In this document: piece after piece, positions 7,640 to 17,303 of the stretch | Layout: each line of letters starts with the position of its first letter | Position numbering within the stretch: the stretch's first letter is position 1 | Assembly (NCBI GenBank): GCA_041737385.1 | Contig: JBGSRU010000002.1 | Span: forward strand, 141,437-205,436 | DNA length: 64,000 bases | Source: Candidatus Saccharimonadales bacterium | Lineage (GTDB): Bacteria; Patescibacteriota; Saccharimonadia; Saccharimonadales; SZUA-47 | Direction: 5' to 3' | The notes under the pieces: model-generated | What the model was told of the DNA's origin: nothing | Database searches by the model: none | The model's input: the letters and a program-made list of their open reading frames with translations, nothing else | Program-made: the position numbers and the translations under genes

Positions 7640-10213
7640 TTAAGTCTTAATAAACCAGTCAAGAGCAGCTTGGCTGTCTCTTTGGCGCCAAGCTGCACTT
7701 GTCTGCGCAATTTCTAAGCCTTGGTTATAGCTTCTTTCTAGCATAGGCTCCATACGGCTACTAAAAAATTCAATAAACTCGTCGATTTGCTCTTTGTCAT
7801 GGAAAGTTCTGGCTGCATACACTGGAGTCCGTGCAAAGCTCAAATCTGTTCCAACACTTTCCTTCAGCCATCCCCAATTGTTTTGTAGCCACTTCCATGT
7901 TGCTTTGCGTGAGTGCCTGTTCATGAAACTATAGGCTATCCAATAGCTAATATCTTGCAATCGAACAGTGTCGGATGTGATGAGCTGCAATACTTTATCG
8001 TTAATCTCAGGTTGCTCGAAATTTGTCAGCGCACTCGTAATTGATAGTTTCTCATCACTTGACCGTGAATTTTTGTACATATCAAGTAGCTGAGCATATT
8101 CAGTTTCACCACCAATTCTCGCTATTGTTCCGTAGACACTGTTACGAAGGTCGGGATGTATAGTAGTGTTTTTTTCAATCATTTCTTTGTACAGTGACTG
8201 ACATTTTTTGATTGTTGATTCTTCATCGGAGCTTGCAGCTAACCCGATAATCAGCGGACGGAGTAGTATATCGAGGTGCGATTCGTTTGGTTGTTGCTTC
8301 CAGCCAAGCCGCTTTAATTGCTTTGAAACGAGACGTATTACAAAAGGTTTCATGGCGTCTCTTAAAGTGCCATCTTCATCACTCTTAGACAAGGTGTGAC
8401 GAATCGAGCCAATACTGCCTGCTATCACTTCCCAAACAGGTAGGCTGTTCTCATCTGAAAAATGTGCTAGGAGATCAAGATATTCAGTAACAGATTGGTA
8501 TCCAGCCTTAGTCACTTCAAAACTATCAGATAAAAGTCCCATACGATCTTGCTCATCAAGCTGACCATTATCAAGCGCATCTAACTGCGATTGTTGCATA
8601 TCGTGAGAGTAGTTAACGCGGTAAAAGCCAGTTTGCCCGATGTTTAACTTGACGGTAGCCTCGCCTCCGATGATAGGGACGTTCGTCGTTCTTTTTGTTA
8701 TGGTCGATTTACCAAGCCCCTTTGTCAGCAGTGGAACTGGCCACAAAGTTGCGTCATTCCTCGATAGACTGGCAGGGTTGGTAACAAATTTACTCTGCGT
8801 AATAGTGAGATGATCTTTTTCTTTCTTGACAGCGAGTAGTGGAAACCCACTTTGTGATGTCCACGCCCCCATAAATTCTTTAACCGGCTTCTTCGTTACG
8901 TCTTCTAATGCTTGCCACAGATCAACGGTATCGGTATTTTTGTATGCATGCTTTTTTAAGTAGTGACGTAAACCGTCCCTAAAATTATCAGCTCCAAGAT
9001 AATCATGGAGCATGTGAATCATGCTTGCCCCTTTTTGGTAACTAATTATGTCAAATATTGTTCGTATTTCATCGGGATGCTTTACCGGTACCTCAATCGG
9101 GTGAGTATGCTCGAGCGAATCAGCTTTTAGTGCCGTTTGCTGCTCGTCAACCGAGAAGTGTGTCCAGAAATGCCACTCAGGATAAAGGGCGTCAACTGCT
9201 AAATACTCCATCCAACTTGCAAAGCCTTCATTGAGCCATAAATCAGTCCACCACCTCATCGTCACGAGATTACCGAACCATTGATGCGTGAGTTCGTGTG
9301 CAACGACAAGCGCGACGTATTGTTTGCCATGCAGTGAAGTATTTTTGTCGCATAATAACCCTTGTTCTCTAAATGTAATTAATCCCCAATTCTCCATAGC
9401 ACCACTGGCAAAATCAGGAAGTGCTATGAAATCACATTTTTTGAGTGGGTAGGGAATATCGTAATATTCTTCATAAAAATCCATCGCTTTCACTGCAGAT
9501 TCTAGTGCAAATTTCGTATTTATTGCTTGGCTTGGCACTGCATATGTTCTGATCTGGACACCATTTTTGCTTATTGCTTCTTGGTAGCGTAACTCTCCGG
9601 CAACAAACGCCACTAGATATGTGCTCATGATTGGCGTTACATCAAATACAGTGGTAGTTGTGTTAGCTGAACTTTCTTCTTCTATAATTGGTGTGTTGCT
9701 CAAGGCAATCTCACCTTTCGCATGCGTCAACGTTAATTGAAACGTTGCTTTTGCTTCCGGTTCATCGATGCACGGAAAGACTTCCCTCGCATGATGGCTT
9801 TCAAACTGTGTTGCAATTAATCGTTTTTTCTGTCCGTTTTCTTCAAAAAAGCAAGGATAAATTCCATCCATATTTTTGGTAATAATGCCAGAGAAGTCCA
9901 TAGATAGTGTATATTCTCCAGAGTATTGTGGTCGCTCGGTATGGATCCGTAGCTCGTCGTATGAGCTATGCCGATTGACACGGGAAACAGTAACATCTGT
10001 TGTGACTGACTTTTTATCGCGGTGAGATATAGTAACGTTACTAATCTTTAGATTCTTTTGATGTAGCATGAATCGACTGCTTGGACGGCCGGTTTTTGTA
10101 CCGACAATTACAACGCTTCCGCTGAATGTCTCTTTGTCTTCAGCGATAGTCAGTGAAATTTCGTAGTGTTTTGGGTGAAAGCTCTGATAGAGTCTTTTTA
10201 CTTTTTTAGTCAT
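7640..10213 (-). CDS. pepN: Aminopeptidase N (M1 family)
   Basis: GAMENWGLITF exopeptidase motif, HELTHQWFGNLVTMRWW..LWLNEGFA zinc site, and an ERAP1-like C-terminal domain. 857 aa. Confidence 0.92.
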   Translation of the reverse strand: MTKKVKRLYQSFHPKHYEISLTIAEDKETFSGSVVIVGTKTGRPSSRFMLHQKNLKISNVTISHRDKKSVTTDVTVSRVNRHSSYDELRIHTERPQYSGEYTLSMDFSGIITKNMDGIYPCFFEENGQKKRLIATQFESHHAREVFPCIDEPEAKATFQLTLTHAKGEIALSNTPIIEEESSANTTTTVFDVTPIMSTYLVAFVAGELRYQEAISKNGVQIRTYAVPSQAINTKFALESAVKAMDFYEEYYDIPYPLKKCDFIALPDFASGAMENWGLITFREQGLLCDKNTSLHGKQYVALVVAHELTHQWFGNLVTMRWWTDLWLNEGFASWMEYLAVDALYPEWHFWTHFSVDEQQTALKADSLEHTHPIEVPVKHPDEIRTIFDIISYQKGASMIHMLHDYLGADNFRDGLRHYLKKHAYKNTDTVDLWQALEDVTKKPVKEFMGAWTSQSGFPLLAVKKEKDHLTITQSKFVTNPASLSRNDATLWPVPLLTKGLGKSTITKRTTNVPIIGGEATVKLNIGQTGFYRVNYSHDMQQSQLDALDNGQLDEQDRMGLLSDSFEVTKAGYQSVTEYLDLLAHFSDENSLPVWEVIAGSIGSIRHTLSKSDEDGTLRDAMKPFVIRLVSKQLKRLGWKQQPNESHLDILLRPLIIGLAASSDEESTIKKCQSLYKEMIEKNTTIHPDLRNSVYGTIARIGGETEYAQLLDMYKNSRSSDEKLSITSALTNFEQPEINDKVLQLITSDTVRLQDISYWIAYSFMNRHSRKATWKWLQNNWGWLKESVGTDLSFARTPVYAARTFHDKEQIDEFIEFFSSRMEPMLERSYNQGLEIAQTSAAWRQRDSQAALDWFIKT

Positions 10214-10417
10214 ATGCTACTAGTGTAGCAATTTTGGGTAGTCATATCCGTTGTGATTTTAGAGACTGTGTGGTAGTATTAAGTAGTTCGATCCGGCCAA
10301 TGTGGTCGGATTTTTACGTTTAATAGCTTATTAAAAATTATGTAAAAAGATAAGCAAAGTTTTGAGACTATAGACTGTTTATTCAAGAAACTTTGTGTAA
10401 ATAGAAAGGATTCTATA

Positions 10418-11599
10418 ATGGAATTTGATGTAAAACAATTAGCAGGAGCGATGAGATTAATCGCTGAAGAGAAAAATTTACCAGAAGATTTAGTACAAGA
10501 AATTGTCGAATCAGCATTAGCAGCAGCATACAAAAGAGATTACGGTGATCGTGAGCAAGAAGTTCGCGTTGCAGTCAATCTCAACACTGCTGCGGTAGAT
10601 GTGTATGTCGAAAAGGAAGTTGTCGAGACAGTCGGTGACGAGAATTTTGAAATTAGCTTGAGCGACGCTAAGAAGAATAAAAAAGACGCTAAAATTGGTG
10701 ACCTGATTGAGCAGTATGTTGAAGTGACGACGTTCGGTCGAGTTGCAGCTCAAACAGCCAAGCAGGTGATCATGCAAAGACTCCGTGAGTCAGAGCGAGA
10801 AATAGTCATGGCTGAGTACGAAGATAAAGTAGGTGAGCTCGTAAACGGCGTCGTGTCACGTGTTGAAAATCGACTCGTCCGTGTTGAAGTTGGAAAAGCG
10901 CAAGGAATCATGCCGGCTAGCGAGCAGAGTAGCAGTGAACGATACTTCCCAGGCCAACGACTCAAACTGTATCTAAAAGAGATTGAAAAGAGTTTCCGTG
11001 GTCCTCAGCTTATTGTCAGTAGAGGCTCAGCTGAGTTAGTTCGACAATTGTTTTACTCTGAAGTTCCAGAAATGGAAGGTGGCGCAGTTGAGATGAAAGC
11101 GATCGCGCGTGAGGCAGGTGTCAGGACGAAACTTGCCGTCAGTTCTACGGTGCAAGGAGTAGATCCGGTTGGAACGTTTGTTGGAGGACATGGAACACGT
11201 GTCAATGCAGTTGTAAGCGAAATCGGTGACCAAGAAAAAATTGATATTGTTGTCTGGGATGAAAATCCTGAAGTATTTATTGCGAGTGCGCTCAGTCCAA
11301 CAAAAGTGAAAAAAGTCACTATTGATAAAGAAGAAAAACGCGCAAAAGTCATTGTTCCAGAGGACCAACTTTCAATCGCTATCGGCAAAGGCGGCCAAAA
11401 CGTCCGTTTAGCAAGCAAGCTTACTGGCTATGAGATCGATATAAATGCTGACTCTGAGTCAAGAACCGAAACCGAAGCTCCTGAGGCTAAAAAAGAGGCA
11501 GGTCCGGTAACAGTTGATAAAGTGCAGAAAACGAAGCTTAAGCGTAAGAGCGATCTCGAGAACAGCTTGCTTGACGCGATAGAACACCAAGAAGAGTAA
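10418..11599 (+). CDS. nusA: Transcription termination/antitermination factor NusA
   Basis: N-terminal domain, S1 domain (GELVNGVVSRVE) and KH domains (AIGKGGQNVRLASKLTG). Confidence 0.93.
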   Translation: MEFDVKQLAGAMRLIAEEKNLPEDLVQEIVESALAAAYKRDYGDREQEVRVAVNLNTAAVDVYVEKEVVETVGDENFEISLSDAKKNKKDAKIGDLIEQYVEVTTFGRVAAQTAKQVIMQRLRESEREIVMAEYEDKVGELVNGVVSRVENRLVRVEVGKAQGIMPASEQSSSERYFPGQRLKLYLKEIEKSFRGPQLIVSRGSAELVRQLFYSEVPEMEGGAVEMKAIAREAGVRTKLAVSSTVQGVDPVGTFVGGHGTRVNAVVSEIGDQEKIDIVVWDENPEVFIASALSPTKVKKVTIDKEEKRAKVIVPEDQLSIAIGKGGQNVRLASKLTGYEIDINADSESRTETEAPEAKKEAGPVTVDKVQKTKLKRKSDLENSLLDAIEHQEE

Positions 11600-11661
11600 G
11601 GGTGTTTTGTACGCTATAGCGTTGAGCTATCGTTAAAGCAAAATAATTTGGTTATAAATAA

Positions 11662-11688
11662 TTAGCACTCAGTATTGACGAGTGCTAA
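11662..11688 (+). promoter_or_regulatory. CIRCE element (HrcA operator), a perfect match to TTAGCACTC-N9-GAGTGCTAA
   Basis: TTAGCACTC AGTATTGAC GAGTGCTAA read directly, 23 nt upstream of the clpC ATG. Confidence 0.85.
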
Positions 11689-11704
11689 TTTAACCGTGTA
11701 TACT
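11675..11704 (+). promoter_or_regulatory. Putative clpC promoter: TTGACG (inside the CIRCE spacer), 18 nt, TATACT
   Basis: Hexamers read directly. The -10 box ends 7 nt before the clpC ATG at 11711. Confidence 0.45.
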
Positions 11705-11710
11705 TTTTAT

Positions 11711-14227
11711 ATGGAAAACAATGACGACTTTCAAGACTTTCTTCATCACCTAAGCGATAACGCACTGCAGAGCTTACGGCATGCTGACGGCATTGCACGA
11801 GCTACAGGAAGTGCCTATGTCGGTACAGAGCACCTATTGCTGGGCGTACTTGCACAGGAACAATCACTTGGTGCAAAAATACTAAAGGATAACGGTGTTT
11901 CGCTTGAAAAGGCACGACTAGCGATGAACTTAACGGCGAACAAGATTGATTTAATGTCTAGTATGGGAGCAAAAGGCCTGAGTGAAGCTGCGAAGCTGAC
12001 ATTAAAGATGAGCTGGGAAGTTGCACAAGAATATGCACAGGAAACGTGCGGCACCGAGCACGTCGTGTACAGTATTTTAAGCCAGAAAAACGCCAGCGCT
12101 ACAGTATTACTACGAAATATGAATGTTCGCGTCGATGATATGTTGAACGAACTTGAAACTATTCTGAATAAACAAAGTTATGATCAGGCAGACGAAGTCG
12201 GTACGCAGCGTCGTAAAAAAGGTAAAAAAACATTACTCGATCAATACAGCACCGACTTGACTGCTCAAGCTAAAGAAGGAAAGTTAGATCCTGTAGTTGG
12301 TAGAGATATGCAAATTAGACGACTTGTTACAATATTGAACCGTCGAACTAAAAATAATCCTGTGCTCATTGGAGAGCCTGGTGTTGGAAAAACCGCAATT
12401 GTCGAAGGAGTCGCACAAAGAATTATTAATGATGACGTGCCTGATACTTTACTCGATAAGCGTATTGTTATATTAGACTTAGCGGCAATGATCGCTGGTA
12501 CAAAATATCGTGGCGAATTTGAAGATCGATTGAAGAAAGTGATGAAAGAACTCGAAGCTGACACGCAGACTATAGTGTTTATTGATGAGGTGCATCAACT
12601 TGTCGGCGCTGGTTCTGCTGAAGGATCAATGGACGCTGGAAATATCTTAAAGCCGAGTCTCGCCCGAGGCAAAATCCAAATGATAGGTGCTACTACCACG
12701 ACTGAGTATACAAAACACATTGAAAAAGATGCTGCGCTTGAACGTCGTTTACAGCCTGTGCAAGTTCCTGAAACTACGGAGCAAGAGACCTTAGCGGTAT
12801 TGCGCGGCCTAAAACGACATTATGAAGATTTTCATTCGGTAACTATTAGTGACGATGTGCTCGTTGATACTGTTGCACTCGCTGCAAGGTATATTCAAGA
12901 CCGCTACATGCCGGATAAAGCTATCGATCTTCTTGATGAGGCGGCTGCTCATTTGCGAGTAGAAAAAGGAAAAACACCACCAAGACTTCGTGAGCTTCAA
13001 AAAGAGATGAAACTTGTACTACTTAAAATTGACGATGCAGTCGATGCGGAAGACTACGAACGAGCTGCTAAGCAGAAACAAAAAGCTAGTCAACTGCAAG
13101 CCGAAATAACTGAGCTCGAAAAAAACAACAAGGGCGCTAAGCGGATAAAGTTATCAAGTGATGACATCGCTGATGTTGTTTCCCGCATGACCGGAGTGCC
13201 AGTAAGTAAAGTGATTCGTTCAGAAGTGTCATACCTAATGAATCTTGAGAGCAATCTTGGTAAGCACATCATCGGTCAATCAGAAGCAGTTGAAGCTGTC
13301 TCACGCGCATTACGTCGAAGTAGAAGTGGTGTGTCAAGCAGCAAGCGCCCAATAGGCTCGTTTATATTTATGGGACCGACAGGTGTCGGTAAGACTGAGC
13401 TTGCACGTAAACTTGCGAGTGAATTTTTTGGAAATAAAGACGCACTCATTAAAATTGATATGAGTGAATTTGCTGAACGTCACACCACTGCTCGTCTTGT
13501 TGGTGCGCCTGCAGGATATGTAGGCTATGATGAGGGCGGACAGCTCACTGATAAAATTCGACGTCAGCCTTACAGCGTTGTACTGTTTGACGAAATAGAA
13601 AAAGCCCATCCAGATGTATTTAATATGTTGCTTCAGGTCCTCGAAGACGGTGTGATGACCGATGCTAAAGGACGAAAGATTAACTTCAGCAATACGATCA
13701 TTATTATGACGAGTAACATTGGTGCTGAGAAAATGCAAAAAGAGGCAGGACTAGGCTTTCGTGCAGAAGACAAGCAAGATCTTAAGGATCTTGATGCGCT
13801 GCACGAAAAAACTAAGGATGATGTAAAAGCAGAATTAAAGAAAATGATGCGTCCTGAGCTCTTAAACCGTATCGATAAAGTTATTGTATTTCGGGCTTTG
13901 ACAAAAGAAGATGCGGTTAGAATTGTTGATCTTTTAATTAGTGAGTTACAAGATAGGCTTGTTCGAAAAGGCGTTGGTATAGAGCTCTCGATGTCTGCAA
14001 AACAATATCTTGTCGAAAAAGGATATGACGATAAGAATGGTGCTCGACCACTGAGAAGGCTCATCCAAGATGATATAGAGGACTATATTGCAGATAAGCT
14101 TATTAGCGGGGAGCTTGATAAGGGAGACATATTGAAAGTAGGTGTCAAGAAAGAAGCGCTTACATTCAATCCCGTAAAAGAAACCTCAGCAAGGCAAAAA
14201 CCAGCGACAAAAAACAAAGATAAGTAG
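11711..14227 (+). CDS. clpC: ATP-dependent Clp protease ATP-binding subunit ClpC (class III Hsp100)
   Basis: Two Clp_N repeats, two AAA+ modules ([18 protein letters not shown]), a UVR-like linker and an LGF ClpP-docking loop. The TTG start at 11675 in the ORF track lies inside CIRCE, so the ATG at 11711 is preferred. Confidence 0.9.
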   Translation: MENNDDFQDFLHHLSDNALQSLRHADGIARATGSAYVGTEHLLLGVLAQEQSLGAKILKDNGVSLEKARLAMNLTANKIDLMSSMGAKGLSEAAKLTLKMSWEVAQEYAQETCGTEHVVYSILSQKNASATVLLRNMNVRVDDMLNELETILNKQSYDQADEVGTQRRKKGKKTLLDQYSTDLTAQAKEGKLDPVVGRDMQIRRLVTILNRRTKNNPVLIGEPGVGKTAIVEGVAQRIINDDVPDTLLDKRIVILDLAAMIAGTKYRGEFEDRLKKVMKELEADTQTIVFIDEVHQLVGAGSAEGSMDAGNILKPSLARGKIQMIGATTTTEYTKHIEKDAALERRLQPVQVPETTEQETLAVLRGLKRHYEDFHSVTISDDVLVDTVALAARYIQDRYMPDKAIDLLDEAAAHLRVEKGKTPPRLRELQKEMKLVLLKIDDAVDAEDYERAAKQKQKASQLQAEITELEKNNKGAKRIKLSSDDIADVVSRMTGVPVSKVIRSEVSYLMNLESNLGKHIIGQSEAVEAVSRALRRSRSGVSSSKRPIGSFIFMGPTGVGKTELARKLASEFFGNKDALIKIDMSEFAERHTTARLVGAPAGYVGYDEGGQLTDKIRRQPYSVVLFDEIEKAHPDVFNMLLQVLEDGVMTDAKGRKINFSNTIIIMTSNIGAEKMQKEAGLGFRAEDKQDLKDLDALHEKTKDDVKAELKKMMRPELLNRIDKVIVFRALTKEDAVRIVDLLISELQDRLVRKGVGIELSMSAKQYLVEKGYDDKNGARPLRRLIQDDIEDYIADKLISGELDKGDILKVGVKKEALTFNPVKETSARQKPATKNKDK

Positions 14228-14265
14228 TTTGCTGCTAGCTCTCTATCTGGAGTAAAATATACTAT

Positions 14266-15222
14266 ATGAATATTGTGAAACGTATAGCGTCATTTTTCCT
14301 TATTGCCGGGAGTGTTGCTAGTGCGATCTTCGCAGTTAATAACACGCAGAACATTATTGATTGGTGGAGACTCAGAAGTTATGAACCGTCAAGTCAAATA
14401 GTTTCTCTTGCAGATCGCACTGATTTAAATGATTACGGTCGCAAACTATTTTACGTACATGATCCAGAATTACTTAGTAAGGCAGATTTTTGTAACAGCT
14501 GCACAGTTGGAGAAGCAACAATTGTGCTTGGCTGCTATATTTCGAACCAACGAATATATTTGTATAACGTTGAAGACGAACGATTGAGCGGCATTGAAGA
14601 GGTCACCGCTGCTCACGAAATGCTCCATGCGGCATACGACCGGCTCTCTCCGTCTGAAAAACAACGGATTGATGCTTTATTGCTGAAAGTGTACGTGGAC
14701 CTGCCTGCTGGTCGAATCAGAGATAACATCAAAGCATACGAAGACCGAGATAAAAGTGTTTTACAGAACGAGCTGCATTCGATTTTAGGTACTGAAGTAA
14801 GTGATTTGCCTAAAGAGCTCGAGGAGCACTATAGAAACTATTTTAAGGATCGTAGCGTTGTGGTGGCACTATCTATAACTTATAGCGATGAGTTTGAGAG
14901 ACGCACGAATCAAATTGAGGCTTATGACGAAGAACTCGCTAAACTGAATGGTGAGATTACCCGCTCCAATGTAGAAAATGGTCTGACAGCAGACGCACTC
15001 CAACGAGAGAGAGAATTGCTTGAGTCATTCAGGGGCGATGCTAATACATACAATCAAGCGGTTGATCGGTATAACGCAAAACTTCCTGGGTACAATGAAC
15101 GTGTTAATTCTGTGAGCGGACTTATAGTGCAGTTCAATGACATCATTAAAAAGAGAAACGAAATTGCTGTTGAAGAAAAAGAATTAGTGCAAGCTATCGA
15201 CACGCGCAAGACTGAGCTGTAA
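14266..15222 (+). CDS. Membrane-anchored hypothetical protein with an HExxH motif and a coiled-coil C-terminal half
   Basis: N-terminal TM segment (IASFFLIAGSVASAIFAV), AAHEMLHAAY motif, and heptad-like charged C-terminal sequence. Confidence 0.7.
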   Translation: MNIVKRIASFFLIAGSVASAIFAVNNTQNIIDWWRLRSYEPSSQIVSLADRTDLNDYGRKLFYVHDPELLSKADFCNSCTVGEATIVLGCYISNQRIYLYNVEDERLSGIEEVTAAHEMLHAAYDRLSPSEKQRIDALLLKVYVDLPAGRIRDNIKAYEDRDKSVLQNELHSILGTEVSDLPKELEEHYRNYFKDRSVVVALSITYSDEFERRTNQIEAYDEELAKLNGEITRSNVENGLTADALQRERELLESFRGDANTYNQAVDRYNAKLPGYNERVNSVSGLIVQFNDIIKKRNEIAVEEKELVQAIDTRKTEL

Positions 15223-15236
15223 ACTACACTGTAGTA

Positions 15237-16586
15237 ATGGCAAAAAAACCTTCAGTAACTTATGTATGTAGTTCTTGTGGCCACTCACAAGGATCTTACG
15301 CGGGAAAATGTCCACAATGTGGCGAGTGGAATAGTCTCCAAGAAAATCTGCATATCTCTACGGCTCAAATTAAACAAAGTGGACGAGAGCTAGTAGTATC
15401 CTCTGTTGCAGATGTCGCGAAAAACGAATCTAAAAAACGCATTTTGTCTGGTGATGAACAGCTTGATGTCGTACTGGGCGGTGGTTTTGTCGTTGGTAGT
15501 GTTGTGTTGCTTGCTGGCCAGCCGGGAATCGGAAAAAGTACATTACTTTTGCAACTTGCACATGATGTTTCGCGTACTGTACCGACTCTCTATGTAAGTG
15601 GTGAAGAGTCTGCTCATCAGGTTGCGTCACGAGCTGAGCGTCTCAATAAGACTAAAGCAGATTTAAAGCTATCGTCGAGCACTGTTGCTGATGACATCGC
15701 AAAAACTATTGCGAGTGGTGCATTCAAAGTTGTCGTCGTAGATTCAATTCAGACCATCGCCTGCAACGACATTGCTTCAGCGCCTGGCTCAATTAGTCAA
15801 ATAACCAACAGTACGCATATGTTGACACAGGCTGCAAAAACGCATGATACAACTCTAATATTAGTTGGCCACGTGACAAAAGAAGGTAGCATCGCCGGAC
15901 CAAAGCTACTGGAACATAGCGTCGACACCGTATTGCAACTTGATGGTGATCGTTATGGTGGATTCAAAGTGTTACGCTCAGTCAAAAATAGGTTTGGTTC
16001 AACGAATGAAGCCGCAATTTATGAGATGCAATCAAAAGGAATGGTACCTGTGCTTAACCCATCGGCTGCGTTACTCGAAGAACGACAAGTCACTGACGGC
16101 TCTGTCGTACTCGCAACCATGGAAGGCACGCGCCCGTTGCTTGTGGAGATCCAAGCTCTCGTTAATACTACTTCATATGGCTATCCTAAGCGTGCTGCAA
16201 GCGGCTTTGACTTAAACAGGCTAAACTTACTCGTTGCAATGCTTGAGCGTCGTACAAAGCTTCGTTTGAGCGATAAAGATATTTATATTAATGTTGTAGG
16301 CGGAATAGGAGTGAACGAACCAGGTGCAGATCTCGCAATATGTATGGCAATTGCGAGTGCTTCAAAAGGAATGCAGTTGAAGAAAAATGCTGTAGTCTTC
16401 GGTGAGCTCGGCTTGAGTGGTGAAGTTCGGCATGTACCGCACATACCAAAAAGAGTAGCTGAAGCTAAAAAACTAGGCTTCGAAACCGCGATTGGACCTC
16501 GTTATAAAGGCGAAGAAAAGCTATCATTTTTAGCTTCAGTAAAAGATATTAAAACTGCTCTAAATACATTCTTGGAGAAGGAATAA
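15237..16586 (+). CDS. radA: DNA repair protein RadA/Sms
   Basis: N-terminal C4 zinc finger (CSSCGH...CPQCGEW), Walker A GQPGIGKST, KNRFG motif and a Lon-like C-terminal domain. Confidence 0.93.
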   Translation: MAKKPSVTYVCSSCGHSQGSYAGKCPQCGEWNSLQENLHISTAQIKQSGRELVVSSVADVAKNESKKRILSGDEQLDVVLGGGFVVGSVVLLAGQPGIGKSTLLLQLAHDVSRTVPTLYVSGEESAHQVASRAERLNKTKADLKLSSSTVADDIAKTIASGAFKVVVVDSIQTIACNDIASAPGSISQITNSTHMLTQAAKTHDTTLILVGHVTKEGSIAGPKLLEHSVDTVLQLDGDRYGGFKVLRSVKNRFGSTNEAAIYEMQSKGMVPVLNPSAALLEERQVTDGSVVLATMEGTRPLLVEIQALVNTTSYGYPKRAASGFDLNRLNLLVAMLERRTKLRLSDKDIYINVVGGIGVNEPGADLAICMAIASASKGMQLKKNAVVFGELGLSGEVRHVPHIPKRVAEAKKLGFETAIGPRYKGEEKLSFLASVKDIKTALNTFLEKE

Positions 16587-17263
16587 TGCTTGAAGCTATT
16601 GCAGCGCTCATTGTCATATATTTACTATTTGATATCCGCCATAAAGTATCGAACAGCCAGCCTAAATCACTGAAAACAACAATTATGGACTCTAGTGCAT
16701 TAATTGATGGTAGGATCGTCGATGTAGCAAAAAGCGGGTTTATACCTCAGCGCATACTTATTCCAAAGGTAGTTTTGCAGGAGCTACAGCTTCTTGCAGA
16801 CGGCAGAGATACCCATAAACGCGAACGTGCTCGAGTTGGGCTCGACGTTGTTATTGAGCTGCAACACTTAAAAGGACTGCGTGTCATCATTGATGAATAC
16901 ATGAAAAATAGCACTGAAAAAACTGACGAAATACTTATCCAACTAGCAAAAGAACGCGGAGCAATGCTTTGTACGACTGATTTTAATCTCAATAAAGTTG
17001 CAACAGCTGAAGGTATTGTTGTTCTAAACGTGAATGAGCTTGCTCAAGTAATGAGACCAAAACTGTTACCCGGAGAGACTATAGAAGTAAAAATCATACA
17101 AAAAGGCGAAGGAGTCGGACAGGGCGTTGGGTACCTAGACGACGGAACTATGGCAGTCATAGACGGTGCTTCAAAAATGCAAGGCAAAATGGTAACAGCG
17201 CAAGTTGAGCGAATGATTCAGACAAAAGCTGGTAAGATGATTTTTGCGAAACAGACAAAATAA
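16586..17263 (+). CDS. PIN/TRAM-domain protein (YacL-like) with an N-terminal TM segment
   Basis: A TM helix, a PIN domain (DSSALIDGRI...TTDFNL) and a TRAM-like C-terminus. It has a TAATG overlap with radA, giving the same clpC-radA-yacL order known from Firmicutes. Confidence 0.8.
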   Translation: MLEAIAALIVIYLLFDIRHKVSNSQPKSLKTTIMDSSALIDGRIVDVAKSGFIPQRILIPKVVLQELQLLADGRDTHKRERARVGLDVVIELQHLKGLRVIIDEYMKNSTEKTDEILIQLAKERGAMLCTTDFNLNKVATAEGIVVLNVNELAQVMRPKLLPGETIEVKIIQKGEGVGQGVGYLDDGTMAVIDGASKMQGKMVTAQVERMIQTKAGKMIFAKQTK

Positions 17264-17303
17264 CTACGAAAAGACTAGCTTAACTAACTACTATAGATAG
17301 AAT

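Noticed and set aside
10291-10315. A terminator-like hairpin, ATCCGGCCA-ATG-TGGTCGGAT plus T5, in the pepN/nusA divergent region.
   Set aside because: It is oriented on the plus strand with no plus-strand gene or convincing promoter upstream to terminate. It might be a small regulatory element, but I cannot support any function.
10279-10533. An 84-aa minus-strand ORF spanning the nusA start, and the 100-aa ORF at 22341-22643 overlapping the recG start.
   Set aside because: They overlap the starts of strongly supported genes, have low-complexity translations and lack initiation signals.
11675-11710. The TTG start at 11675 for clpC given in the ORF track.
   Set aside because: It lies inside the CIRCE inverted repeat and the putative -35 hexamer. 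The conserved Clp_N domain begins just after the ATG at 11711.
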